A model generated the notes under the pieces. It ran no database searches. It saw nothing but the letters and a program-made list of their open reading frames with translations, and was not told where the DNA came from. Both the position numbers and the translations under genes were made by a program. Shown in pieces: positions 13,367 to 26,428 of a stretch of DNA of 54,903 bases. This DNA is from Pelomyxa schiedti (lineage: Eukaryota; Protista; Evosea): contig JAHLWZ010000238.1 of the NCBI GenBank assembly GCA_020536535.1, positions 1 through 54,903 on the forward strand, written 5' to 3'. Numbering within the stretch: the stretch's first letter is position 1; each line of letters begins with the position of its first letter.

Positions 13367-16300
13367 TCAATTCATGTGACCAACACAATTTCTGGCACCA
13401 CAGTGACAAGGAACCTTTGTTCCTTCCTCGATGGGGAATTTATAGTCGTAGACCACTTCTTCGCCCTCCCTTATTGTTTGTTTCGATATCAGCACTATCT
13501 TCTTTTTCCCCTCCACCGTAATGATTTGTGTGAATGCATTGGGCTGTGAAAGATACGATTAGATCAATCAGGTTTGTTATAAATGTGGGTTAACGGAAGG
13601 TTACATTACAACTGTGATTCGCGAAACGGGCCTTCCCGCCCTTCATAGTAGCATCCACGATTGTATTATCGTCCAACCTACGGGAGTGATTAGTTGCAAA
13701 CATCAGCGAAGTGTGCAACTTGAACATGTAGTCTCCAATTCCTTTTCTTCTGTATCGAGCTTCTCGAATCTCAGCGATATTTGGCCTAATCAGTTCTCCA
13801 ACATACTCCAGCAAGATTGTACCCTGAAGTACATATAAAAAAAGGGATTTGGTTTTTCTTTGGGAGTGGAGCCGATACAGGATCGATACTGGTGGAAGTA
13901 AATACGCCTGTAGAAAGTCAATACACATCGGGAAGACCTATTGTGAATTTACCCCATCCTTGAATTAAGGATTTCTTCACAGAGAGATACGGGTTGGTGG
14001 CTTGTAGTTTTTTCTTAAAGGACTTGGCGGGAATCTACGCAGAGGAAGTAAGTAGTGTTCGATTCCCTTTCCAGTTGAGTGTTTTAGAAAATGGAGTTAC
14101 ATTGGTAACATTTAATGTTCCATTGGAATGAAAAGTATACTGCGATAAGGTCGTCTCAGTACGCCGTCCTGTAGGAAGGTATCCTACAATTGTGTTGCTT
14201 GCAGTGGTGGTAAGGTTGCCTGGAATTACAGCCTGAGCGCGTGAATGTGCGTGTAGAGCAGACTTTCTCGTATAGGGAAGAATTCTAGCACAACTATTAC
14301 TATTGTGTATTTCTTCACCCTTTTGTCTCTGCACGATGGTCAGGCATTTAAAGAAATATCACGAGGTCGTACAGCTGCTACTATCCAAGGGTGTGAAAAA
14401 CCAAAAAATTGTCCACAGTGGTCCAAAGAAGATACAACTGCGGTTTCAACTTGTAAATTGGCTTTGGTTAAAATGTATTGCCTTGCTTCAACTGCACTGT
14501 GAAGTACATGGGTATCTTCACCAATTTTAATCTTTAGAATGGGTTACTTATCAAAACGATCATAAAAAGCAACTTTGTAAAGAGGGCCTTTAAGACTTGG
14601 AGCTGTGTCCACAATTTCACACTCGTAGCAAAGTTGTGTGTTGGCACGTTCTCCGTCACAGGGCCAAAAAGACCTGAATAATATTACAGATGATTGATTG
14701 GATAGAGTGGCCTACTTGACACATTTGTAACCAATGTGAGGTGGCTCATTTTTTCCCAGTTCTAATACAGTAATGCTAGTTCCTATTCTCACAGGGACTT
14801 GATTCAGTGTCTATATATGGAACAGTCACCATCATAAAAATTAGCAATGAATTTAGTACTGGTAAGCATAAATTCTCATCTAAAATATGCAGGCTTGATC
14901 TATAGGCTAGATCAAGCATTATGGCTGAATCTTTATTTTTTAAAGCCTTGACATCATGGTACTTGCAGTACATTGCCCGTTCTGATAGATCCATTAAATT
15001 ACCAGCTTTTATGGCGCAGTTCAAATGGTAGTGCCGCCAGCACCTTTCGAGGTGTGAATTGGAGAAAATTGTTCAAATAAGTGTACCCCTTCATACTGCA
15101 AGTTATGGAAGCCCCTTCTTTCCAGCATACAAAACATAACTGAAGAAGCACTGTGATTAATGCAGCTAATGGTGATGAAGTACCTTCATTCTTGCATATG
15201 AAATGGCAGGGAAAACCCCTTGCATCCCGGACGAAGTGAGAGTGACAAGAGGAGACATCCTAACGCACTCTGAGTGCACCCATACATCTGTGCCAACTGG
15301 AAGAAGCCATCCAAATTCCTGACAGTTTGCGTCAATGGAGAAGAGTGACTACAGGGTGTACCTGAGGTGATTCATGAGCCAAGCACAGTGCACAAACTCT
15401 TAAATCGGAGGTATCTGTTGCTTCCAGACACTTGGAGGAATCAACTTCACATTTTGGGGAAAAAAGAATGTTACCGAGCACGAATTGATAGAATCTCCGT
15501 TGTCAGGCATTTCTTTGGGAGAAAGTTGCTAGGATTTCGTCAGTGAGTATAGATCTTGGGCTGGGCAACCTCAAAGCAATTGCAACATATTCTTTTAGTC
15601 TGTAAATCCCGTGAACCGACTTTACTGGAGATGGAGTTCAGCTCTCGCAGTCCACACTCGCCATGAAACCTTTTATTTGTTCGAAATTGAAAGAAAAGAT
15701 GATGTTTATACAATAGACCACAATCGGAACACGCTACATAGTGCTCGTCATTAGGGTTTTCACACTGAGGTGACGCACAAGGACGGCAAGATATACACCT
15801 TTCCAAGTAGAGATGAGATTCAGAATAACAATGAAAGTAAAACCTCCAGGAAGAATGTATATAATTTGGAGGAATTTGAGTGAAATGCAAACAAAAGAAG
15901 TGATATAGCTCTCCACATTGAACGCATGCCAGAGCTTCTTGGTATCTTATAGTTATTCCACATAGACTACATAATTTGAGTTTTGAGATATCAACCTGTT
16001 GGAAGATCGTTAAACGGAATTTTCCAAGTTTAAGTGAGACATTATGATACAATATTGCTATTTTGTCTTGCTTTAAGTATCCCCCAGTCGAGTTTTTGTT
16101 CGTTGGTCGGGAAGCAAGTGGCGATAGTACTTCACCATTATCTTTCTCACTTCTGGACTCTTCGGAAAGCATTTCCTCTTCTTCATCTGGTTCACTTGAG
16201 GTATAGTCGTAGACAGTTCCTTCACTATCATCACTTTCTAGTTTAGACTCACTTAGAGATGACTCAGTGCTCGAGGAAAGATATTCTGAATCTGATGATG

Positions 16301-19300
16301 TTGCATATTCCTCACGTGAATCTGGTGAAGGTGGAACGAGCTCTGAGGGAGGGGAACTTGGTGTAGTTTCATTTGGATGACTTTGTGTTAGACTTCTTCT
16401 TTTATGTGGGTGGTGTACTCGTGTGGAATTATGTGGTGGTGCCAGCTTGTTATCTACTTCTGGAATGACCTCTGTTAGAAGTTTCTCGGCGGTATTTTCC
16501 TCTGTTGTGTTTTCCTTGATTGCCTGTGGCTCTGCTGTAGGTGTCTTTATTACATGTAACTCTGCTAACTCTGCTACACGTGCCTCTATTGTATGTTGCT
16601 CTGCTGCATGTGTATCTATTGTGCGTATATCTGTTGTGTGTTTCTCAATGGTCTTACGTGCGGACCTCTTTCGGATACGTTTCCGTGGTGCCTGGTGGGA
16701 CTGCGAGATTGTTATGAAAAGACCCAGTGTACACATTGTTACCTCCCCACAATTCGTAGCAAGAAATTTAGCTTTGAGATCTGAAAGTCTTGTCCCAGCA
16801 GAGGTTCTTACTCTACAACAGAAGGTTACCCATTTTTCAAAATTGAAAAGGTACACACGCAGGCCAGCCACTATGGGAGTTTTTCCTAATTGCCATAGAC
16901 CACGCTGTTGGTGTAAGGTAGAGTTTGCCGTCGCTTTCAATAGCTCCTCTAGTTTTAGGTTAATTATGTGGTGCCAAAACCTGTTTCAGATGTTTTACTT
17001 GGCAGTTATAACTCCTGGGTGCCCTTTTCCTAAGTACACAAAAGAAACCTTACAAAGTATTTAGTTGGGGAATAATAATAACATGAAGAGTGACACCTGT
17101 TCCCCAGGTGCGATCAGGCCAGATTGTATCAAGTCTGTTAGTGTAACCATTCTCATTTTGGGAGTAAAATGACTTGCAGGGCTTGACTCGGACAAAATCG
17201 GGAGTTGTTGCTCGGGTTTATTGGGTGATGTAATTGTAATGCTTGGGGAAGTAGGAGCAATCGAGTTTGAATTTTGAGGGTCAGACAATGGTACCTGGCT
17301 AAGAGGTTGTATTGGTTGTGGTGGGATATATATTGATGTGCGTCGGGACTGCAGGTGGAGAGTGTCCAGAGAATTGTAGTGTCTATCATGTTGCTTAAGT
17401 GGGTGCCTGGGTGGTTGTACTGGAAAGTGTTTCTTCCAGATTGATGAAGGGATGGAACCAACTGTTGTCTGTGTTCTAGTTGTTGGGAAACGGCACGGTA
17501 ATGGGAAGGGTTCTATGAGTGGCACAGGTATTTTAGGAGTGGGAATCGAACTGCTGGAACTTGCTGGTGGAGAATGAAAAAAAGTACCCCGATTTACAGG
17601 TAACATACATGAAGATGGATTACCCGAAGTTTGACACTGTGTAAGAGACTGAGAGTTTAGTAGAGCCTCACATGTTTTGCATTGTTTCTTCATTGCTGAC
17701 GTGCAACTGGTGGCAATGTTTGGAAAGTAGTTAAACAATGGAGAACATACACAATGTGAACCCATAAACTGCAGGTAGTGCAGCAAACAGATGAAGCTTT
17801 ACTTCCAATCGGTTGGCTACATATTTTACATGGAGCACCAGGAGTAAAATTGGTACACTAAAGAAGAGTCACCATGTTTCCAAAAAGGAGGGTCAAGCAC
17901 ATTGATGCACAAGGGAAGCTTTGAGGTGTCTGACTTCATGGTTTTCGATCCAATGAAAGAACAACCCTCACACCTAGTATCGGAGTAAATTAAAATTTCT
18001 TTCTTCGGAAGAGAAAGTATACTTGAAACACTTGAAGCATGTCCAGGGTTTTGGGAAAGGTCTCGGCGCACATTTGGGGTGACACAATGCGTAGCAACCT
18101 TCACACTGCATCAAAAACCTCATTCAGTTATGCAAAGAAAGTGGCATGAAGAAAGTAGTGAGTACAATAAGCATAGAATCCGATCTCAGTTGTTCGCAGA
18201 CACAGCACCACTGGTCCTCTGGTTCAGGCGGGTGCTCTTGGGTGTCAATTTCGGTTTGTTGATTGGCGCAACCATTACTGGCAACTCCATGAAGGTCATT
18301 GTTTGTAATTTTCTCTTTGCACACAGGTGCCACAAAACTGCGTCTCTCAGTGGAATTGTTTAAAGTGTTTTGTGGTGTATCTCTACCAATATAATCTTGT
18401 GGCGAATTTGGTGATGAGCGGTGCTCCGGAGTAGCATTACAGAAGCTGTTCCGTGCAGTGGTGGGTGGAAGTTTTTTCGGCATGTCAACCGAGCTCCATG
18501 CGTGTGTTGGATGGTCATCCCTGTGGTAAGAATATCCTGTCAACATTGTGGGCACTTGAGAAGGTGGCAACACGGAATTGGAAGTAGCACCCCCAAAATC
18601 CACATGACTGTCTCTCTCAACAGGTGGTGGTGGAATGTACATGTTGGTCGAGGTGTGAACAGAATTTTCAGTTCTACATTGAGAATTACTCGACTGGGGC
18701 GCTCCATACGAAGATTCAAGTGGCGGTGGCTGATAAAAAAAAGTTGTTCCTGCAGTGACTGGAAAACTGCTGGATTGCCCCTGATAGGACTGGTTGAAAT
18801 GTTGATACTGATTCCTCAAGGCAGGGCCAACAGTAGGTTCTGCCGCGTTCTCAATATTATGGGATTGGTAGTTTTGCATGGAATACTGCTGCGAATATCC
18901 GCCGACATCCTGCCGTGCAGTTGCAGGCATTGTAATTTGTATTTGACTTTGAACTGGACTTCCGGGGTGAAATGCCAAAGCGGCAGCAGGGCCGCGCCCC
19001 GGAAGTGCACCAGGACTCTGATACAAAATCTGCTGAGGCGGAGCCCCAGTCGCCCCCCCGCCTCTGGGCCAATCATAGCGGCTGACGGCGGGGCACGCGG
19101 GCGCCGGGGCGGGCGATGCCGTCAGCCACGGGGGGCGGGGCTGAGGCGGCGACTGCGGGGCGGATTGGGCGCCGCTCTGTGGCGGCGCGACATTGCCGCT
19201 GCGGGAGACAGGCGGCGAGGGCGACGCCGGAGGCGGGAGCGGGGGCGGGGGCAGAGGGGGCGGCGCGGGGGCGCGTGGAGCAGCAAGGGGCGAGGGCGAA

Positions 19301-19476
19301 GACGGTGGGGGGGAAACGACAGGGGCAGCCTGAGGAGAGGGCGGGGGCGTGGCTGCGGGAGCAGGCGGCGACTTGGAAGTGAGCCACGCGGGGAGGCTGG
19401 GCCTGGGCGGTGTGGGTGTGGGTGTGCTCGCTGGCGAGGTGGAGAGCAACCACTCGGGCACGGCCTTCTTGCTCAT
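13367..19476 (-). CDS. Trithorax/SET1-family histone H3K4 methyltransferase: Pro-rich N-terminus, PHD fingers, RAMA domain, ePHD, SET, post-SET
   Basis: EYVGELIR...[32 protein letters not shown]...YDYKFP..CHCGARNC; PHD CSLCG...CVQCGELYHFFCL; ePHD WVHSEC...YHLNCA; RAMA at about 16766-17150. Confidence 0.88.
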
Positions 19477-19638
19477 CACGGGGAAAGAAAAGAATGGGGA
19501 TGGAGATCGAAAATGATAATCCTTCACGGGGAAATCTCAATCAACTCCTCATATCCTGCAAACGCACCAACTCAGAAGCAGAGTGTGCGTATTTTGGCCA
19601 GTGTTCCTCCTTCTCTCTTGAAGGGTCAACTTCGCGGA

Positions 19639-21441
19639 ATGATCAGGAAAAGGGATGGAGCCTACTCCGGAACCGGAACTACTGCCTGGGTTGTTTGTGC
19701 CTCAAAGGTCTTGTGGAGTGTGGCACTGTTACCACACACGTGCCTCATCCCCTGGAACTCAGTGGATGAATACTTAGAAGACCAAGATGAGCAGAACCTT
19801 GGGACGCTCTTACATATTGCAGAAGCCTTTTTCCCGTGCTGTTACTTTTTCTTCCCCTTTTGTAATGAGGTTTTTTTTAGTACCTAGTTATGCGGCGGTT
19901 TTACTAACTTCCGGGTTCTTGACAATAGGTTGGTCGCCTTGGCTGGGAAAAAAGCAATGGCACTTACCAATGGCTGTGTGTTAAGGTTTTGTGCTATCTT
20001 TGGTTGCCGACGGGTGCCAGAGTGGATTCTTTCCCATTTTCCGGAAGATGAAACGCCAGTTGAATCTGGGACAGCTTCACGCTGTTTCGTGCTTCTGATC
20101 TATTCGTGCGTGAATGGTCGTATGGACTACGTCAGGTGGGTGGTCTCCAAGTTCCCAGTCTCTAGTGAAGAAATGGCTTCTGCCTTTGTTACTTCCTGCC
20201 ACCGAGGACAGATGGAGGTGTGCAAGTTTCTTGTTGAAAAATATGGGTTGATGGCAGATCATGTCATCCGGAGCGACCCAGCTATAAAGGGGACCATTGA
20301 GCGTGGTTACTTGGATATGTTTCAGTGGCTAGTATCTACTTATGGACTGACACGAAACAACTTCACCAAGTATTTTGCATCTCTTCTCAGGCAGGTTTTT
20401 GAGACAGGGAACCTTGCATTCGCTGAGTGGTTCTGCACCCAGTTTGAAGTTGATCAAAATGACACATGGGAGATTCTTTGTGGCATCATGAAGACTGGAA
20501 GCCTCCAAATGGTCAAGTGGTTTACAGCCAAGTTTGAGTATCCCTGGAGATCAGCGAGTTCGTACTTCATTCAAATTGCCAATACAAGTCATCCCGATTT
20601 CGTGGAGTGGCTATGTGATACTTTTCCTCGTAGCTGCGATGAGCTCTTGAAGCCAGCATGCAGCAATGGGCACATTGATTCAGTCAAGTTGCTATGTGAA
20701 AAAGTGTCTTTTGATTCTTCCTCCGTTTGGTTTCCCTTCGTGGCAAGCTTGCAAAACGGTTTCTTGGAAATTGCCAAATATCTGGAGACAAAATATGGTC
20801 CCTTGGACCCAACTGGCTGGGGACTAGCACATCCCCTTCATTTGATGTTCATATGGGGAAATGTTGATACTGTCAAGTGGGTAACCACAAAGTATCCCCC
20901 ACTCATGAAGGTAGAACCAAGTGTGCTCTTGCACAGCGTTACTAACTGCGCTCGGGAAAAAAATACAATACCTTTCCTTCAGTGGCTTTTTGAGGAACGC
21001 AATCTTGATCCCGTATCTAGCCTTCACGATGCTCAAAACAAAGTATTTCGCCTGTTTTGTGAGAACGGGTACCTGGATGTACTGAAATGGTTCCTTGCAA
21101 AGGGCTACATTACCCCGACCGATTTACAACTCCCCGCCGCCGCCGAAGAGCCCGGGAAAGGCCCATGCACCCCACTAGAAATTTTCACCAGCAACAGGAA
21201 CCTGGCAGCTATCCAGTGGGTATCTGTCAACTACCCCGAAATTGCCCAATCGCAAGCTGTGGCGTGCATCCGCCGAGCCTGCGCTGACGCGCACACACCC
21301 ATAGCTAGGTTTTTACTGAAACGGTACTCTCCTACTGTCCAGGAGTTATGCCGGGACCCACCCTGCGTAATGAAGCTGACTGATGACCCCGTGGTACTTG
21401 ATGTTCTCACGCGCTTCGTGGGTGCCCACACCCACGACTGA
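19639..21441 (+). CDS. Degenerate ankyrin-repeat protein (lineage-expanded family)
   Basis: 503-aa ORF with repeated AC.NG.L...KWL units (SCHRGQMEVCKFL, ACSNGHIDSVKLL, FCENGYLDVLKWF); upstream exon SKVLWSV...IAEAFFP resembles the N-terminus of the 43039-45191 protein; start inferred. Confidence 0.75.
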
Positions 21442-21644
21442 GAATGCGGGAAGAATGACGTGTCTTGTGTACCTTTAGACGGGACACCATTCGCCCCAGT
21501 TCAACTTCACCACACCATCCCTACATGTTTTTCTCAGCACTTTGTTCTCATTGCACACATGCCTACCGTGTATTTTTGGCAATGAAAATGTTGTTGTGGT
21601 AATGTTTCCTCTAGGAAAAGAAAAAAATAATGGAATCTATTGGA

Positions 21645-24600
21645 TTAGAACAGAGCGAAACGTGTTCCGACATTCTTTGAGAGTGTTGGGGACTGGTCAC
21701 CATTGGAAAGAGACTGAACCATCAGCATAGTATCATCAATAATGTCACTGAACGATGTACCTGGCACTGCCCTTTCAGCAACTGCAAAACATGTCAGTGA
21801 TGAGTGTAAGACACAGGAAGTGAGGTGGAAGGAAACCTTCAAGGAAGCACCCAGTGAAGAACCCATTATGTTTCCGGTTTGGCAATTTACATGCATCCAA
21901 CGTTGTCTTCCCTGTTTGATTGTTACTTTTGGAAACAATGATTCTGAACTGTGAAACCAGGGCTTGTTGGGTAAATCACAATGCATCCAGCAGGGAAATC
22001 CTCCTTTGTTAGATGCATTCCGGTTGATCCAAATCCACGTGTCTGTGTGATTGGTGGTCAGGTAGTCTGCCCGATTTCATTTGATAACGCTTTATCTTTT
22101 ATGAGGGGAATAGATGGGGTGCGTTGTAACATAATAAGTCAAGCGGTAGGAGAAACCCTTAATTCATCAGAGTCATCGGGGTCAGCTGAACGGCAAGCAT
22201 CCAGGATCCCAATTGTGAGGTCCGAGTGTTTCTTGATCCCATCCAGCACATCTCCCAGCATTGGTGCTTTGGATTTCATGAGATAGAAGTTGGTTTCAGT
22301 GAATGCCGAGCCATCGGCGGTCATGATGAGGAAGTTGTGACCTTTGAGTTGCCTCCCGTGTCCAGCAAAGTAAAACACACTTGCAACCTGGTGATGAAGT
22401 GAGTGCGCGCTTTCGAGAACGCAATAAATAACAAGGTACCTTGTTTCTTGCTTTCTTTTGTTCTTTCAGTGTCGATTTGAATAACTCCAGACTTATCGCG
22501 AACTCTTGGAGATTGTGGATATTTGTCTGCACAACAACTTCAAAACGGCAGGTGTTCTTCAAGAACTGACAAGGAGAAACAAGAATTAGTGTTATTAAAA
22601 GAAATGTGTGAATGTAACCTTAGCAACACAGTCCCCATCATTGATAGTATTTTTGAGAGAAAACTGCCCATAAGCTTCATTGCTAACAATGAATGCGAAA
22701 CACTTGTAGCCCATCTCACTGCAGAGGGATCTTGCTCCTCCTGGGTCCACAGTGAGTTTTGTTGCGAGGAAAACCAAAAACCTATTTGCTGTGCCAGCAA
22801 TTCTGTTGTGGGCTCTATGCATTTGCTGAGATGTGAGAGCATAATTAGCCAACAGTAAAAGAATATAAGTGAACCTGGTGTGTTGTAGCTGTTGCTGACT
22901 CTCCAAAATTGAGTGTACTTCATCAATAATGAATGAAGCATCTCCAAATGCAAACCCAAGGTCGCACAGTTGCTCTTTGGTGCAATTGGCAAGTGTTCTC
23001 CCCCGTAACTTGTTGAGTCTGATGCGCTTTAGACAGTCATCATCAGCGCCAACAGAGCCAAGCCATGAGCACACTTGTTCAATGTCAGCTGAATTAATCG
23101 GAAATGGCTGTAGTGGTTGTTGTGGTTGTGGTTTAGGTTGCTCTTGTGGTGGTTCTGGTTCTGGCTGTGTGTGGGTCTGTGGCTGTGGCTGCGGTTGCAC
23201 CTGTGTTTCTGGTAGTGTCTGAGTTTGTGTTTGTGTTTGCGGTTGCGGTTGCGTTTGCGTTTGTGGCTGTGTTTGCGGTTGCGTTTGCGGTTGCAGTTGC
23301 GGTTGCGTTTGCGGTTGTGTTTGCGGTTGCGTTTGCGGTTGCAGTTGCGGTTGCGTTTGCGGTTGCAGTTGCGGTTGCGTTTGCGGTTGCAGTTGCGGTT
23401 GCGTTTGCGGTTGCAGTTGCGGTTGCGGTTGCGTCTGTGGCTGTGTGTGCGGTTGTGTTTGCGGTTGCGGTTGCGGCTGTGGCTGTAAATGAGGCTGTGC
23501 CTGCTGGGTCGGAGTATCTGTATCAATAAGAACTGAGTGGGATTCAGAACTTGTCTCTGGGCTTTTCAAAAATGCCTCTGATTCTTGTGGTGCAACTGGA
23601 AGAGGTGTTGGGAGTGTTGTCTGCCTCACATCTGGATGTGGAGATGGTAATTTTGGTGCCGCTATGGATGGCTTTGCCGCCATTTCCTGTAGAACGGGAC
23701 TATAAGAGGAATTATTTTTCAAAGGAGTTTCTGGTTCTGGAAGAATTCTTCCTTTAAGAGCAAGCGCCAAAGTAAGGTAAAACGCCTCGGTGATGTCAAT
23801 GAACTCATTGCGGACAACCTCATAGTTGTCAAAGGTATCTTTGACAAGTATTTTCTCATTCTGAAGCTTTGGAAGCCACCTCAAGTCCAAAGAACCTAAG
23901 TTCACAGAATCTCTAGGAACGGGAATTCCATTGACTCCAGACATCACAGAAATCTGAGGGAGATAGCTGTGAGAGGTCAGAGTCATATTCAGTGGAGTAA
24001 AGTAGTGCACAAATTTCCACCCAGGAACTGCTGCTTGAATGGCTTCATAAAAAATATACACAAACCAAGGTGCCAAACCACTGTAACGCTCTCCACTTGG
24101 TGTGGGGAATGAATCCTGCTGTGCAGTCATAGCATCAGTCAAAGCCTCCGGGCGTGGCATCATTGCAGCCAAATTAGAGAATGAACTGCGGATGTTCATT
24201 GCCATGAATGTGCTGCTGATCAGGTCCGCACAAATAACACTTCTCAAGGTCACCACCAAAGAACCGTCTTCAATATCCCGGGGCTTGTATCCATCAACAA
24301 AGACAACGGCAATGCAAAGTGAAGCGGATGGCTGTATGTTGTTCACACTAGTTTGGTCCAGTCCCACCTTCTTTTTTGCTAAATCATATGTTGGCTCTTC
24401 CCCTAGATCCAGCACAGCAACTGCGAAGTCAAACTCCTTGCTTTTATTCCAGTTGTGCCCAGTTGCACTTCTCCCCTCATTTGAAGTGGTGCAACTTTTG
24501 TCAGCAGGAGAATCAATATCAGTCTCTGGCACAACAACCCTTTTGACGAATTTTATACCAGAAGCCCTAATGAACAACTCCACAAGGAGTGCATAAGGAG

Positions 24601-24866
24601 CCAGTCGCAGGGGAAAGCACACACATCCACGGTCATCAGCTATACGTCTCTTAAAGTTACTTTTTTTAGCTGCTGCACCCCGTGTTTGCTGTGTTGATAC
24701 AGTTGCTGCTGATGCTGATGCTGATGCTGATGCTGATGCTGATGCTGGTGAGGGTGTTGATATTGGTGTGGGTGTTGATATTGGTGTTGATGTTAGTTTT
24801 AGTTTTGGTGTTGGCGTTGGTGTTGGTGTTGGTGTTGGTGTTGGTGTTGGTGTTGGTGTTGGTGTT

Positions 24867-24902
<36 letters not shown>

Positions 24903-25519
24903 TTGAAGTATCGAGTTTTATTGATTAGCAACTCGCATATTGCTTTATAACCCTTTTTTGTTGCAATATCAAGGGCAGTTTGACCTCTGAGCAACTTTTT
25001 GGTCTTGATATTGACATTGATTCCAGGAGCACCGAGCAACTTCTTTACAATGTCAGTCCTGCCCAGATCACACGCCACATGAAGAGGTGTTTTACCCTCA
25101 TGATCTCTTGATGTCGACACAGCATTCACATCCACGCGCGGGCACTCCAGCATCTCAGCAACAACATCTCTTTCATCACAAAGGCAAGCCACGTGAAGTG
25201 GCCAGTCCTTATTCACGTCCACTGCACTGTTCCTCACCAGTATCCTCACGATGTTAGGAAAACCACACCTACATGCTACACTCAGTGGTGTGTGGCCCAG
25301 GCTTGTGGTTGCGTTTGGGTCTATTGGAGGCTGTCGCGGCGGCGCCCCAACTTGCAGCAGTTGACTCACCAAGGCAGCGCGGTTGCTTTCAACAGCGACG
25401 TGCAACATGGTTTTGCCGTCGCTGGTGGAAGTGTTTATGTCCCATGGCGGTGGTGGAATAGAAGGCATGCGACCGACCGTGCATGCTCCAAACATCTCGG
25501 TAGATAGTGTCGTCTTCAT
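21645..25519 (-). CDS. Ankyrin repeats + PT and PQ low-complexity linkers + SAM domain + peptidase C14 caspase-like domain
   Basis: About 5 ANK repeats (GKTMLHVAV, GHTPLSVAC, GKTPLHVAC, GQTALDIA); SAM (EQVCSWLGSVG...LRGRTLANCTKEQLCDLG); after introns AFIVSNEAY..LKNTINDG, FYFAGHG, ILDACR, IYPTSPG, NGFFT, GDQSP. Confidence 0.85.
23226..23490 (-). repeat. Tandem 6/24-nt repeat encoding (PQTQPQLQ)n
   Basis: Repeated gcggttgcagttgcggttgcgttt units. Confidence 0.9.
24807..24901 (-). repeat. Hexamer tandem repeat (ggtgtt/ggtgtc) encoding (PT)n
   Basis: Directly visible. Confidence 0.9.
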
Positions 25520-26428
25520 TCAACGCCCTCCACCTTTTTTCAGAAAAAATTGTTTTTTGCAATCGATTTTTCTGGCTCCAAGCCACACTCCTGACCTCGC
25601 CTGAGCACCATGCCTTCCCAAGGGGAGAGGGGACAAGCAGGGGACCGGCCACCCCTTCCCACCTCACTTCTCGGCACCCCTCCCGTCCAAGCCTTTTCTT
25701 TTTTTTGTTGCCCCCACACCCCCCAGCTTGTTTTTCTTCCTCCACCCACCTCATTTTTTTTCCTCCCCACCCCCAGCTGTTTTTTTTTTTTTTTTGCCCC
25801 ACAAGCAGCCCCCACTTTTTTTTTTGTTTTTTTTGTTTTGGCTACCTCACGTTGCTCCTTGTGTTTCTGTCGAGCACCTTCTAGTGATTTTCTTCTTGGT
25901 TGTGTTGTGCGCAGGTAGGTTTTTGGTGGACGGGATGACTTTAACCTTTCTCTTCCTATATCCCATTTGTTGTTGCACCGACTCGCCGCACAGCCAACGG
26001 CACCACCGGTGACATACCACCTGCCCTTCAAATTCGTTTTTTAGACTGAAAAAGCCTGGGCACGAAACCAGCATAACCGGTTTTTTTTTTCGTTGAGGAT
26101 GGAAGAAGAGACCGGATTCAGATAGTACAACCAATAGTAAGCTCCTTCGACAACACGTTGGGCCTTTGGTCCGAACAGAGGCCTCCCAGCTCTAAAACCC
26201 TGCACACAAGTTTCGGGAAAAAATTGTTTTATCAGATTCGCCCCAAATTGGCGTTCTGTCTCACCCCTTCCTCTTTTTTCCACAAAAGCGAATTTTTGGG
26301 TCATGGCGGAACCCATACCGCGGATCCTGAGCGACGATAACGAAAATGACAGCGTTCTGGTCTGTTATTTATTCGAAATAACCAAATGGAAGAAAAAAAC
26401 CGTGTGCACAACATAGTTAGCATTTTTT

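Noticed and set aside
18421-19887. 488-aa plus-strand ORF and other long overlapping ORFs
   Set aside because: Antisense shadow of the GC/Pro-rich first exon of the SET gene; only its last ~65 codons plausibly belong to the ankyrin-like gene.
23029-23529. ORFs of (RNCNRK)n, (VAVAFA)n and (LRLRLQ)n
   Set aside because: Alternative frames of the PQ tandem repeat.
26184-26200. GTTTTAGAGCT on the minus strand resembles the start of the Cas9 repeat/sgRNA scaffold
   Set aside because: Single 11-nt match with no repeat-spacer array and no cas genes, in a eukaryotic context; chance.
25560-26400. Intergenic stretch with small hairpins as a possible ncRNA
   Set aside because: No recognisable snRNA/snoRNA/SRP motifs; cannot be supported without a covariance search.
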